In this document: piece after piece, positions 19,265-29,404 of the stretch | Layout: every line of letters begins with the position of its first letter | How positions within the stretch are numbered: the first letter of the stretch is position 1 | Assembly: GCA_963662285.2 (NCBI GenBank) | Contig: CAXXMV010000002.1 | Span: 704,001-768,000, forward strand | Direction: 5' to 3' | Length of the DNA stretch: 64,000 nt | From: a bacterium | Lineage (GTDB): Bacteria > Hinthialibacterota > Hinthialibacteria > Hinthialibacterales > Hinthialibacteraceae | Program-made: the position numbers and the translations under genes | Notes under the pieces: model-generated | What the model was told of the DNA's origin: nothing | The model's input: the letters and a program-made list of their open reading frames with translations, nothing else | Database searches by the model: none

Positions 19265-21406
19265 ATGAAATGGAAAAACTTGAAATTAAGTAAGAAATTC
19301 GCAGTTGGATTCGGCGCAGTATTGATTATGTTGACTATTGTTGGAGTCTGGTCTATCCAGGGTATCGGTGGAATAGTTGACAATGCAACACAAGTTATTG
19401 AAGGAAATAAGATAAAAGCTGACATGGTTCAAAAAACCGTAGATCATCTTAATTGGGCCGGTGATGTTAATAAGTTGCTCAATGATGATACGGTGCACGA
19501 ATTACATGTGCAAACGGATGATCATCTATGTGGTTTTGGCAAATGGTATTATGGAGAAGGCCGTATACATGCGGAGACTCTTGTTCCATCCTTAAAAGCC
19601 ATATTAACTAAGATTGAAGAACCGCATCATAAATTGCACCAATCAGCCATTGGCATCGCCCAAAAGTATACCGATGCGGATCAGCAATTAGGTGGTTTTT
19701 TACGTGAAAAGAAAACCGATCACCTCTCCTGGACCCATAAAGTCAAAGATGCTTTTATCGACCAAACCATAACTAAACTCGGCGTTCAGATGGATCCTAA
19801 TCAGTGTTCCCTTGGCCAATGGATGTATTCTCCTGAAACGCAAGCACTCCTCCTGAAAAGCCCGGAACTGGCTGCTGCGATCCACGCATTAGAAACTCCA
19901 CATAACAAACTCCATCAAAGCGCAGAACAAATCGAGAAACTATTGGTTGAAGGCAAGCGCGTTGAAGCCATTCAGTATTACAATGAAAATACAGAACCTG
20001 CTGCGCAGCAATGTTTAACTGACATCAATGCAATTATTAGCTGGCATGACGCTCAATTATCCGGACTGCAGGAAGCTAAGGCGATTTATGCGCAGCAAAC
20101 AGTCCCGGCGCTAGACGAAGTCAAGAGCCTCCTGGCTCAGGTGCATCAGGAAATTACTGATCACATCATGACCGACGAACAGATGTTAGCGGCAGCCACC
20201 AAGACGCGTCTAGCTGTTATTATCATCAGTATCCTGGCCATCATCATTGGAATTGCATTAGCCACCATTATTGCTAAAGGCATTCTTGGGCCAATACGTA
20301 AAGGATTATCCTTTGCGCAGATTGTTGCCAGCGGCGATTTATCTCAACAAATCGACCTGGATCAAAAAGACGAAATCGGGCAGTTGGGCAGTGCGCTTAA
20401 CGATATGTCCAAAAACCTGTGTGAAACAATGCAAGGCATTCAGCAGGGCGCCGAACAGGTGGCGGCCAGTTCAGAAGAACTTTCCGCTGCTTCTCAGAAT
20501 CTGGCCAATGGCGCAACCGAGCAGGCGGCTAGTATCGAAGAAACATCCGCTTCGATAGAAGAACTTTCATCCTCCATCGAACAAAACGCTCAAAACGCCA
20601 AAAATACGGATGAGAAAGTCAATCAAGCTACTATAATGTCTATGGAATCATTGAAAACCGCTGAAAAGGGAATCGAGCAAGTACAGGCGCTGGGCTTATC
20701 CATGAAAGAGATTCAGGAAAGTTCCAAGGAGATCGTCAATGTTATCGACCTTATCACGGACATTGCTGATCAGACCAATCTGTTGGCGCTCAACGCAGCT
20801 ATCGAAGCAGCTCGCGCTGGTGAAGCGGGTAAAGGTTTCGCGGTAGTGGCCGTCGAAGTGCGCAAACTGGCCGAACGCAGCCAGGTTGCGGCCAAAGACA
20901 TAGCCGGTAAAATCGAGAAATCCAGCCAGGGAATTGAGGAAGGCAGCCGTATGGCCTATGCCTCCAACGCAGGATTATCTGCAATCCAAAAGAGCGCAGC
21001 TGAAGTCGCAGAGGCTTTGAATGAAGCATCCCGGCTTGCCCGTGAGATTTCCGACTCCAGCATTGAACAAGCTAACGGGGCCAATCAAATCCAAACCGCT
21101 ATGCAGCAACTTGATCAGGTGACTCAGCAAAATTCATCCACTAGTGAAGAAACCGCATCAGCCAGTGAAGAACTTTCTGCGCAGGCGCAATCTTTGCAAG
21201 AAATGATCAGCAAATTCAAAATCAATAGCGATAGCGCTCCACAAGTCTTAAGGCAACCATACAATGCTCATCCGGTAATCCGACCTGAAAAACGATTAGG
21301 ATATACAAAACCCACTGTTAAATCGTGGGATAATCACCCAAAAGAAGAAGGACATTCTAATAGAATGAAGAGTGAAAAAGAAAACATAGAATTTCAGGAA
21401 TTTTAG
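19265..21406 (+). CDS. Methyl-accepting chemotaxis protein with tandem periplasmic CZB domains
   Basis: TM1; DHLNW...CGFGKWYY...HHKLH and DHLSW...CSLGQWMY...HNKLH; TM2; HAMP; signalling domain; EFQEF tail. Confidence 0.93.
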   Translation: MKWKNLKLSKKFAVGFGAVLIMLTIVGVWSIQGIGGIVDNATQVIEGNKIKADMVQKTVDHLNWAGDVNKLLNDDTVHELHVQTDDHLCGFGKWYYGEGRIHAETLVPSLKAILTKIEEPHHKLHQSAIGIAQKYTDADQQLGGFLREKKTDHLSWTHKVKDAFIDQTITKLGVQMDPNQCSLGQWMYSPETQALLLKSPELAAAIHALETPHNKLHQSAEQIEKLLVEGKRVEAIQYYNENTEPAAQQCLTDINAIISWHDAQLSGLQEAKAIYAQQTVPALDEVKSLLAQVHQEITDHIMTDEQMLAAATKTRLAVIIISILAIIIGIALATIIAKGILGPIRKGLSFAQIVASGDLSQQIDLDQKDEIGQLGSALNDMSKNLCETMQGIQQGAEQVAASSEELSAASQNLANGATEQAASIEETSASIEELSSSIEQNAQNAKNTDEKVNQATIMSMESLKTAEKGIEQVQALGLSMKEIQESSKEIVNVIDLITDIADQTNLLALNAAIEAARAGEAGKGFAVVAVEVRKLAERSQVAAKDIAGKIEKSSQGIEEGSRMAYASNAGLSAIQKSAAEVAEALNEASRLAREISDSSIEQANGANQIQTAMQQLDQVTQQNSSTSEETASASEELSAQAQSLQEMISKFKINSDSAPQVLRQPYNAHPVIRPEKRLGYTKPTVKSWDNHPKEEGHSNRMKSEKENIEFQEF

Positions 21407-21432
21407 TAACAATCCACTCCCCAATGGCAGAC

Positions 21433-21466
21433 CCCTCTTTTAATCCCCAAAAGAGGGTTTTTTTTT
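21433..21466 (+). terminator. Rho-independent terminator (paralogous to 18688)
   Basis: ccctctttt...aaaagaggg followed by a T run. Confidence 0.85.
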
Positions 21467-21798
21467 GGGGTTGCATATTGGCGAAGGTAACGTAAACATG
21501 ATTAAATAAATATCTCCTGATTTATATAATCGCCATATCATAGGCATTGGGGAGATTCAAAAAAACAACTATCATCCCCTCTTGTCTTTATTTTTATCAA
21601 CAGTTAGAGCGATTCTCAAAACAACGTGCGTTAATGCGGTTGTTAAAAGTCCCCCAAAGATGGAACTTTTAACAAATCTAAAGTTTTCAATGCATATATA
21701 TTTTTGTTAACCGCTATAACCAAAGATATTTTCACAGATTACTCTGCTATAATTATAATAGAAAAAAATTCGTAACCGATTTTTAACGGATCACATAA

Positions 21799-22125
21799 AT
21801 GAGCAAACGGCGTGATGAATATAACAAAGCACTGGATCGCCTGACCAAGTTTCTGGAAATGTTCTTTAAACTTGAGTCGATCCCTTCTAAAGATGATATC
21901 CTGGATGAATACAAATCTATTACGCAATTTCGTAATATACCGGTAAAGATTGATTTTTATGATCAGCCGCTTGATTCAGATGAAGGATACTTTTTCATGG
22001 TCGGAGAAGAATTCGAACGCTTCGATGATGTATTGCCGGTGGCAATGCATATCACTCTTCTTCCCAATTCTATCGATGAACCAAAAGAACTTAACCGCTA
22101 TTTTACCTCTCTCCACATTAATTAG
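21799..22125 (+). CDS. Hypothetical protein
   Basis: 108-aa ORF with ATG start and plausible composition; no motif recognised. Confidence 0.6.
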   Translation: MSKRRDEYNKALDRLTKFLEMFFKLESIPSKDDILDEYKSITQFRNIPVKIDFYDQPLDSDEGYFFMVGEEFERFDDVLPVAMHITLLPNSIDEPKELNRYFTSLHIN

Positions 22126-22244
22126 TTTTCACCTGGAAATATCCCTTTAACTCGTTTCCTTTAAATTTTGTTTCTGTTCTAAGCATAATTGATGTATTAT
22201 ATTCCTGTAGTATTAATTTCTATCAGGAAGGATTTGGTATTCTC

Positions 22245-23522
22245 ATGAACAAAATTGATTTATCTAAGTTTTTATGTGCAGGTCTAATGCTTTTCTGTTA
22301 TGCAGCAGTATCGCCGTCTTATTCAGCGCCATTACCCCAACAGTTTCCCGACGTGGCTTATAATTCAACCGATAACAACTTTTTAGTGGTTTGGGAAAAT
22401 GTTTTCAGCGATGACATATATGATATTGCCGGCGCTGTGATTGATGCTGATGCCATAGGAAAGCCTATTGTCGAATCTGTCATCTTGTTAACTGGAGGCG
22501 AAAGCATCGAAGCCCCGGAAATTGCTTACAACAGCACCGCTAATGAATATTTATTAGTGGCGCGGCGTAAAAGCGACTATATCGTTTTAGCGCAACGCGT
22601 CTCTGCTGCAGGGCAGCCAGTGGGCGACACAGTCGAACTGGGACGCAGCGGCGGCCCAACCTTCTTTGATCCCGGAGGACGCGCCCGTGTGGCTTCAGTG
22701 GCTTATAATTCTACTGAAGACCGTTATATCGTCGGACTCGATGATCCTATGTTAGTTCAAATTCTTCTGCCTGATCTGGAACTCGATCTCATAAGCGATC
22801 AACTCGGTCCGGGAACCAATCCTACTATCGCCTGGTCCAGTCAAAGCAATATTTATATCATGGCCTGGGAAGACCGCGCGATTCGTAACACTGGCAGCGA
22901 GAATTTAAGCGCCGTATTGATATCGAACTATGCTGAAGCTGATAGCGATATTATCTACGTCCGGGATCAGGATTTCGCCGAAGAGTCCCCCCGCGTCGCT
23001 TATAATCCTGATGATGATCAGTTCCTGATTGTCTGGGATGAACGGATTGGTTATTCAGATACGGCAGTTATCAAATCGAGAACCGACACTATCGGTCAAA
23101 TCGTCGCGGCGGATGGTTCACTTATCGGCGATCCGATTCCTATTGAAGCCGATACGCCCTACACCCTGCGCCAGGATATTGATTACAATCCCACATCACA
23201 AATTTATCTTGTGGTTTGGAAAGGCGATCCCAGCGGTGAATTCGCTTTCGCCGATATCTATGGTAGATTCATAAACCGCGATGGTTCTCTAAATGGTCCT
23301 GAATTTCTGATTTTTGATGATGGTGATGATAATACTGGCGATTCCGAGCAACGCTATTACGATGAATCCAAACATCCAGTAGTGGCAGCCAACCCTCAAA
23401 CCGGAACATTCCTGGTAGTATGGGAAGAAAGCGGAACAACCCAGAATCCTGAAGACCGCCATGTACTGTCTCTCGACATTGCTCCTCCTGGCACAACAGT
23501 TTCTGACTGGTCGTTGTTTTAG
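22245..23522 (+). CDS. Secreted acidic repeat (beta-propeller-like) protein with C-terminal VSDWSLF tail
   Basis: Signal peptide; ~7 repeats PxVAYNxxxxx[FY]LVVW; P/T linker then TTVSDWSLF. Confidence 0.85.
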   Translation: MNKIDLSKFLCAGLMLFCYAAVSPSYSAPLPQQFPDVAYNSTDNNFLVVWENVFSDDIYDIAGAVIDADAIGKPIVESVILLTGGESIEAPEIAYNSTANEYLLVARRKSDYIVLAQRVSAAGQPVGDTVELGRSGGPTFFDPGGRARVASVAYNSTEDRYIVGLDDPMLVQILLPDLELDLISDQLGPGTNPTIAWSSQSNIYIMAWEDRAIRNTGSENLSAVLISNYAEADSDIIYVRDQDFAEESPRVAYNPDDDQFLIVWDERIGYSDTAVIKSRTDTIGQIVAADGSLIGDPIPIEADTPYTLRQDIDYNPTSQIYLVVWKGDPSGEFAFADIYGRFINRDGSLNGPEFLIFDDGDDNTGDSEQRYYDESKHPVVAANPQTGTFLVVWEESGTTQNPEDRHVLSLDIAPPGTTVSDWSLF

Positions 23523-23558
23523 TTGATTTAGAGCGATACTGAAAAAATTATTTAAAAT

Positions 23559-23587
23559 CCGAAACGTGACTTCAAGTCACGTTTCGG
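23559..23587. terminator. Near-perfect palindrome between converging genes
   Basis: ccgaaacgtgactt-c-aagtcacgtttcgg. Confidence 0.7.
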
Positions 23588-23594
23588 TGATTTA

Positions 23595-23700
23595 TTAACC
23601 ATTTTCTTTTGAATACTCTAAATCACAAACCACCATCCGATCATCAGAAGCCTGGCTTTGCTTCGCAACCACGGCTTGTGGTTGGAAATGATGACCTGCC
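23595..23700 (-). pseudogene. Orphan 3' end of the EEP gene
   Basis: Reads HFQPQAVVAKQSQASDDRMVVCDLEYSKENG*; 23623-23690 matches 24625-24692 at 67/68 nt. Confidence 0.85.
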
Positions 23701-23873
23701 CTAAACGGAAAATGGCGTCCTGGGTTACTGATCTATTGCGCAGTGCGGCAAGAAGCGACAGTATCGATAATTCCTCTTGACTTTTAGTTTTTGTGAGTTC
23801 TAATCTTATTTGAATGAAATCTAAATAAGTAATATTTATCATGCATTATTACGACTTGAAGGGAGAAGGTTAG

Positions 23874-24068
23874 ATGGCGGAAAATATCCAAACATCAACC
23901 GAGTCCAACCGAAATAAAATAGCAAGTAGTCTTACTACACCGAACAAAGAAGAGTATTTAACCCAAGAACAGGCCGATCAAAATTTTGATGATTTTTTTG
24001 ATGCTCATGGTGATGATCTTCGTTCTGCTATGAAAATTTTGGAAGGCGAAAGGGATGAAAAAATCTAA
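23874..24068 (+). CDS. Small acidic hypothetical protein (possible antitoxin)
   Basis: SD agggag; 64 aa; overlaps the next ORF by 14 nt. Confidence 0.6.
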   Translation: MAENIQTSTESNRNKIASSLTTPNKEEYLTQEQADQNFDDFFDAHGDDLRSAMKILEGERDEKI

Positions 24069-24549
24069 AACTAACACTACAAATAGATCTGAGCATTTCG
24101 AATTTTCAAAACAATGGATAATTGCAAAACTTGGAATCTTAGAAAAACGATTAAATTGTAAACTTTATTATCTTGCAGATGTAATTGATGAGATTGTTAT
24201 GCATTACAAGCGTGATATCGGAAAATACCAAGCTCCCAATCATATTAAACATGCATCCCTCATAACATTCTGGATAAAAAAGTTAAAACCCATCTCACTA
24301 CATAAAGAAACTGATATTTATATCAATGAAATATTTGCATTGGCATGTTCTGCAGCAGTTTTGGGCACGCACTATACTGCTGTAGGTTTGGATACTAATC
24401 GTTTCGTAGAATTGATTCATATGCTTCGTTATGGATTCGTATCACCAAGGACGCTTTTTTTGATTTTCGGGCTTTTATATGTTCCAAATAATGAACTCAG
24501 TGTTTTTTGTCTGAAAATTAGACGTATATGTGAAAAGCATTCTCAGTAA
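24055..24549 (+). CDS. Helical hypothetical protein (possible degenerate Fic/Doc-like fold)
   Basis: 164 aa; KHASLITFWIKKLKPI...INEIFAL; coupled to the upstream small ORF. Confidence 0.6.
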   Translation: MKKSKTNTTNRSEHFEFSKQWIIAKLGILEKRLNCKLYYLADVIDEIVMHYKRDIGKYQAPNHIKHASLITFWIKKLKPISLHKETDIYINEIFALACSAAVLGTHYTAVGLDTNRFVELIHMLRYGFVSPRTLFLIFGLLYVPNNELSVFCLKIRRICEKHSQ

Positions 24550-24605
24550 GGTCGCCCAGGGCCGTCTCCACTCGAAAACTATGGATAAACGAAATCATTA
24601 TCTAA

Positions 24606-25631
24606 CTACCTTTTAGTGATCAAGTCACAAACCACCATCCGATGATCAGAAGCCTGGCTTTGCTTCGCAACCACGGCTTGTGGTTGGAAATGCCCACTTG
24701 CCCAGATTTGATCAAAGCGCATAACCGGAAAATCATTAAGCATAGTATTGCCCCAACCAATGCCAGCCAAGGCGAAGCAATCCTGAAGTTTGTCATGTAG
24801 AGGTTGCAGGATTCTGTTCCCTGCCGGGACGTTAAAATCACCACCGATGATTAGTGGAATTTCTGGAGGAATATCTTTTATGTAAACCAAAATTTCATCA
24901 ATCTGTTTTTGCTGCCTCTCGCGGCTGTTTTGATGATCCCGCCAGCATGAAGAATTCCAGAAATCATAACCATTCTCCGGCGCCTGGAGATGTAAACTAA
25001 TCATTTCTATTTCACGTCCGGAATGCAACCTGATTCGGGCGGGAAGAAAATAATGCAGGTGAGACGGTAGGTTTTTGGAAAGATTCACTTCACCTTTGGC
25101 AATGATAGTAGAATCGCCGCTGGTATATGAACTGGCCTTATCTCCGAATAACTTTGTTTGCAGAATATTGATTTGATCGGGATTCACCGTTTCCTGCATG
25201 AGAATTATATCGGGTTTTAAGGCCTCATTTTGGATCAACGTTTCAATATCACGGCCTGCGCAATTGAATGAAACAATACGAATTGCATCACCGTTCTCTT
25301 GTTTCTCCACCCAATCGGCTGATGGCCAGGGAACAAATAAACCTCTAATAATGCTTTTGGATTCTTCTTGAAAAAGCACTAGAAAACATAACCAGAAAAG
25401 AATAAAACCAATCCCCCATAATACCCGCTTGTTAAAAAATAATAGGATCAATAATAAAAAACCAGGAAGGCTATAAATCCAAGGTGGAAAAAACAAAATG
25501 ACATCGCAAGATTCCAATTGAAAAGTGAACACTGAAATAAGAGAAATTCCATATATAACAGATCCCGTAATAATGATTATGGGAATCAATTTACTTGTTC
25601 TAGAAATAATATCTTTTAAATTAATCATCAT
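24606..25631 (-). CDS. Membrane-anchored endonuclease/exonuclease/phosphatase (YafD-like) protein
   Basis: 3 N-terminal TM helices; VSFNC, DIILMQE, SLHL, GGDFN, RFDQI, SDHR motifs. Confidence 0.92.
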   Translation of the reverse strand: MMINLKDIISRTSKLIPIIIITGSVIYGISLISVFTFQLESCDVILFFPPWIYSLPGFLLLILLFFNKRVLWGIGFILFWLCFLVLFQEESKSIIRGLFVPWPSADWVEKQENGDAIRIVSFNCAGRDIETLIQNEALKPDIILMQETVNPDQINILQTKLFGDKASSYTSGDSTIIAKGEVNLSKNLPSHLHYFLPARIRLHSGREIEMISLHLQAPENGYDFWNSSCWRDHQNSRERQQKQIDEILVYIKDIPPEIPLIIGGDFNVPAGNRILQPLHDKLQDCFALAGIGWGNTMLNDFPVMRFDQIWASGHFQPQAVVAKQSQASDHRMVVCDLITKR

Positions 25632-25797
25632 TTAATTTTCCCATGCACCGTTCAAGAACATTCATCGCATGATCCAGAATTACTCCTATTTTTCCAGATA
25701 TCGCATCACGCAACAAGTCTACCAGAATTATCCGGTAGGCTCTAAGTATTTCTATTTCTTTGGATTTTGTATCAAATTTTCGGGGAAGGCTGAAATT

Positions 25798-25845
25798 TGG
25801 ACCCACCATGACTCGAACCAGGGACCTACCGGTTATGAGCCGGTG
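25798..25845 (-). pseudogene. 3' fragment of tRNA-Ile(CAU), probable island att site
   Basis: Minus strand ccggCTCATAAccgg-taggtc-cctggTTCGAGTcatgg-tgggtcca; no D arm or 5' acceptor strand; T-stem mismatches. Confidence 0.85.
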
Positions 25846-26099
25846 GTATCCATATTATAACTATTGAAATATCAATTAGTTACAGACCAATAAAGAGAGA
25901 CATGTTACAATTTGTATGACAATATGTTGATTTATGGGGTGAAGAGTAATGGTTTAACTGGCTCTCGATAAAATCACTGTTGTATTTACTTGTATAAAAC
26001 CTAGATCATCAATCTACAATTATCCCCATGATCTATTGACCGATTGATGGATTTTGTTATGGTAGCATTTATCGTTGAGACAACAGGGGAGGGAATTCT

Positions 26100-26330
26100 A
26101 ATTGTCTCTAATCAGGCGTTGGTGGTTCCATACTGTTGATGATTGGTGAGCGTCACGATTTTTAGTTGCTTGCTTTCATCCCAGACCACAACGATCCCGA
26201 TAGAGGTGACTGCCTGCATTGTAATAACGAGAATATGTAAAGCGATAAGACTGGAAGAATAGACCATATCGGACTTCGTTTCTGTGCTTTTTTTATGCAA
26301 ATTTACTTTAGCATTGGGGCGTATGGCGTT
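26100..26330 (-). mobile_element. Possible IS4-like transposase remnant
   Basis: IVVVWDE...IVTLTNHQQYGTT resembles an IS4 transposase segment. Confidence 0.35.
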
Positions 26331-26379
26331 CTTTTTCTATATCAATTTGTGATTTTTCCTTGGATAGGTGTGAGTTTCT

Positions 26380-28287
26380 ATGAAATATTTAAATGAATTT
26401 CATGATTGGTTTTTCCTTCGCCCTCAATACAGCCTCATCGTTAAAATGAAACTTCTAGTATTGGCTATATTGATCTTGATAATTTATTTTCCTTCCTTGT
26501 TTGCTCCATTCTATTTTGATGATTTTGTTTCCATCTTGGATAATCCTAGAATACATCAACTTTCAAATATTTTAGAAATCATGAAAATGTATTTTACAGG
26601 TCGTGGTTTAGTTCAAATCACATTAGCAGTTGATTGGTTTATCTATTCAGGACAATCTTATGGATTTCATCTCACCAATGTTTTCTTTCATATAGCGGTC
26701 ACATATTTGGTTTATATAATCACTAATAAAATCTGGGAGATTTTGAATTTTCCTAAAAACAACGGCAATAAATACTTTGATGTAGGATTTTTTTCCGCCC
26801 TCTTTTTTGCAGTGCATACTATCAATACTGAAACCGTTACTTATATAATATCTCGTTCCGGTCAATTGGCCACAATTGTTTTTTTGATCTTTTATTTTTC
26901 ATCAATTCATAAATTTCACATTCTGATAAAAAATGAATCAACAATTTGGAATTCGCTTTATGATTTACTTATTATTTCGATTTTAATTATTCTAGGAGTA
27001 TTTATAGGTGTAGGAGCAAAGGAAACAATTGTCACTCTACCTTTTATTTTTTTATTAACTATTTGGATTTCATATAAAAAAAATTGGATTTTTATATCTA
27101 AGAGATTATTTGTGATATTCCTTCCTGTAATTGCCGGATATTTCATATATTTCTTGATTCGAAAGTTCTTAATGGGAGGATTTTTCAATTTCCCTGATAT
27201 TGAAATACGAACCCCTTTTGAAAATCTATTAAGTCAAATTTGTGTAATTGCTTTTTATTACATACCACGGATTTTATATCCTATAAAATTAAATATCGAT
27301 CCGGAAGTGGTAACAATTAATTCTATCTACTCTGCATTTTTCCTGAAATCATTTCTTGTTCTTTTCTTTTTAGTATTTATTTCTCTATGGATGCGAAGAA
27401 GAAAACCGATAATAACACTATCCATATTTTGGTTGTTTATAACATTAGCCCCAACATCATCGTTCATTCCTTTATTTGATTTAGCTGCAGAAAGAAGAGT
27501 TTACTTACCTATGATTGGAATCTCTCTACTTTTTGGATTTGCTTTTTATTATTTACATATGTGGAAAAAACAAAAAGCGAAATTTATTATAGTAACTATT
27601 ATTTTTATTTATTTATTCAACTTATCTATATTTACATTTCTAAGAAATCTTGAATTCACGAATCCTAAACAAATTTGGTATAAAAGCGCTATTTTATCGC
27701 CAACTAAAATTAGACCATTCCGACATTATCTATATTACCTTATTGATGAAGGCAATACTAAGGGGGCAATTTCAGCAATAACACGTGAGTACAAAGGTGT
27801 GACGATAATGAAACGAAATATTGACATTGACAATCTAGAATTTTTAATAGGTTTCATGATACCTCAAAATTTACATGTTGATTACATTGTTAAAATCGCA
27901 GAACAATTCGTCCTTAAGTATCCAAAAAATCTAAAGACTATGGAAACTCTGCAAGTGGCTTATTTGTTGACAAAAAGAAATGATGAATTAGAAAAGATTG
28001 TCCTAAAAACCTTAGAAATACATCCCAGGAGTGTTAAATCTTTACAAAATCTGGCTTATTTATATAAAATTAAAGGAGATAATAAAAAAGCAATTCAAAT
28101 ATTAGAGGAAACTCTAATTATCAAGCCTGATAACCTACCAGTATTAATGGAATTGCTTTCATTGTATAAATCTATAGGTATCAATGCACTCAATATTGAA
28201 CAAAAGGTTAATGAGATTCAGAAATATAAAAAGTTGTTTTATTATGGATTTGTACCAAGTCAACCGCATGAAATAATCTCAAAATAA
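26380..28287 (+). CDS. TMTC-like GT-C fold membrane glycosyltransferase with C-terminal TPRs
   Basis: FDD..I..N, GFHLTNVFFH, LFFAVH...ETVTYI..R, KE, AERRVYLP; ~11 TM helices; TPR tail. Confidence 0.85.
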   Translation: MKYLNEFHDWFFLRPQYSLIVKMKLLVLAILILIIYFPSLFAPFYFDDFVSILDNPRIHQLSNILEIMKMYFTGRGLVQITLAVDWFIYSGQSYGFHLTNVFFHIAVTYLVYIITNKIWEILNFPKNNGNKYFDVGFFSALFFAVHTINTETVTYIISRSGQLATIVFLIFYFSSIHKFHILIKNESTIWNSLYDLLIISILIILGVFIGVGAKETIVTLPFIFLLTIWISYKKNWIFISKRLFVIFLPVIAGYFIYFLIRKFLMGGFFNFPDIEIRTPFENLLSQICVIAFYYIPRILYPIKLNIDPEVVTINSIYSAFFLKSFLVLFFLVFISLWMRRRKPIITLSIFWLFITLAPTSSFIPLFDLAAERRVYLPMIGISLLFGFAFYYLHMWKKQKAKFIIVTIIFIYLFNLSIFTFLRNLEFTNPKQIWYKSAILSPTKIRPFRHYLYYLIDEGNTKGAISAITREYKGVTIMKRNIDIDNLEFLIGFMIPQNLHVDYIVKIAEQFVLKYPKNLKTMETLQVAYLLTKRNDELEKIVLKTLEIHPRSVKSLQNLAYLYKIKGDNKKAIQILEETLIIKPDNLPVLMELLSLYKSIGINALNIEQKVNEIQKYKKLFYYGFVPSQPHEIISK

Positions 28288-28392
28288 GGCCTCCCCAACC
28301 ATTTCCGACTGGAGCAATACAGTTTTGCCGGATTGATGGATTTGTAAAGCATCTTTGGTTACAATGGTTTAATCTCAAATGGGAGAACCTCT

Positions 28393-29166
28393 ATGGATTA
28401 TAAAGAGAAGATTGGTAAAGAACGAGAATGGTACCAGCAAACCATCCACAAAAATCGGTTATGGCATAATCCGTTTTTTTATTCTATGGATCGTATTCTT
28501 TTTAATTATGAATTCCCCCGCGTGCAATTAGCTGATTTGATCACTTCCAATTTTCCAGAAGGATCGATTCTTTTGGCGGCGCCATGCGGCGTCGGTGATG
28601 ATGTAAAATATTTGAATGGCAATTTTATTAATACCATTGGAATTGATATATCGCATGATGCTTTAAGGAACGAAACGAATCGTTTCTTGAAAATACAATG
28701 CGATGTGAAGGATTTGTGTTTTTTGCCTGAGACGTTTGATTGCGTTCTTTCTTCTTTGTTCCTGCATCACTATCCTGAAGAGTATTATTCTGAATTTCTT
28801 TCTGCGATCTACCATGTGACCAAGCCGGGAGGGCGTGTTTTTATAATGGAACCGTCAATGTATTACCCGCTCAATGTGCTTACCAGGCCGATCAAATATC
28901 TTTTCAATAATCCCTACGGCGAAATAGAGGATGAAGGACCAGTAAATCCCCGTAAGATTGTTCGCGCATTACGAACGAGTGGTTTTGAAGAGGTCAGTGT
29001 ACGAGCTGCCACGTTCAGCCATTGTTCGTTTTTTCGCCCATTGGCCAACACAATCAATTTTACCACAAAACCGCTGCTTAGGCTCTTCCCATTTTCATAT
29101 TGCGGGTGGTTTGTTATTGTGTCAGGACAACGGCCTCATTTCGTTGAACGGGGCGCTGTTAGCTAA
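28393..29166 (+). CDS. Class I SAM-dependent methyltransferase
   Basis: APCGVG, IGIDIS, FDCV...LHH, KPGGRVFIMEP. Confidence 0.88.
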   Translation: MDYKEKIGKEREWYQQTIHKNRLWHNPFFYSMDRILFNYEFPRVQLADLITSNFPEGSILLAAPCGVGDDVKYLNGNFINTIGIDISHDALRNETNRFLKIQCDVKDLCFLPETFDCVLSSLFLHHYPEEYYSEFLSAIYHVTKPGGRVFIMEPSMYYPLNVLTRPIKYLFNNPYGEIEDEGPVNPRKIVRALRTSGFEEVSVRAATFSHCSFFRPLANTINFTTKPLLRLFPFSYCGWFVIVSGQRPHFVERGAVS

Positions 29167-29404
29167 GGATTTCGTATATTATAAATCACCCAGATTAACC
29201 AGGATTTCGAGGGTGGCCGGTATTCATTGGCACAGGCAAACGATTAAACTAGTAACTACAGGCCGATTTCATTGGAATATGCTATCTTCATTAATCAGGA
29301 ATTGTTGAAAAGAACAAAAGAAATATATAGTGGATATAGTATAATTTTTCAATCTATAGTTTTTTACATCGCATGTTAGCAACGGATTACAGGATATCCA
29401 AAAA

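Noticed and set aside
23869-24606. Integron cassette (GTTAGAT at 23869, ATCTAAC at 24600)
   Set aside because: No attC stem follows the inverse core, the SD lies outside the putative cassette, and no integrase is present
23623-24692. DGR template/variable repeat pair
   Set aside because: The single mismatch is C/G rather than adenine-specific, and no reverse transcriptase is present
25798-25875. Functional tRNA gene
   Set aside because: D arm and 5' acceptor strand are absent and the T stem is mismatched
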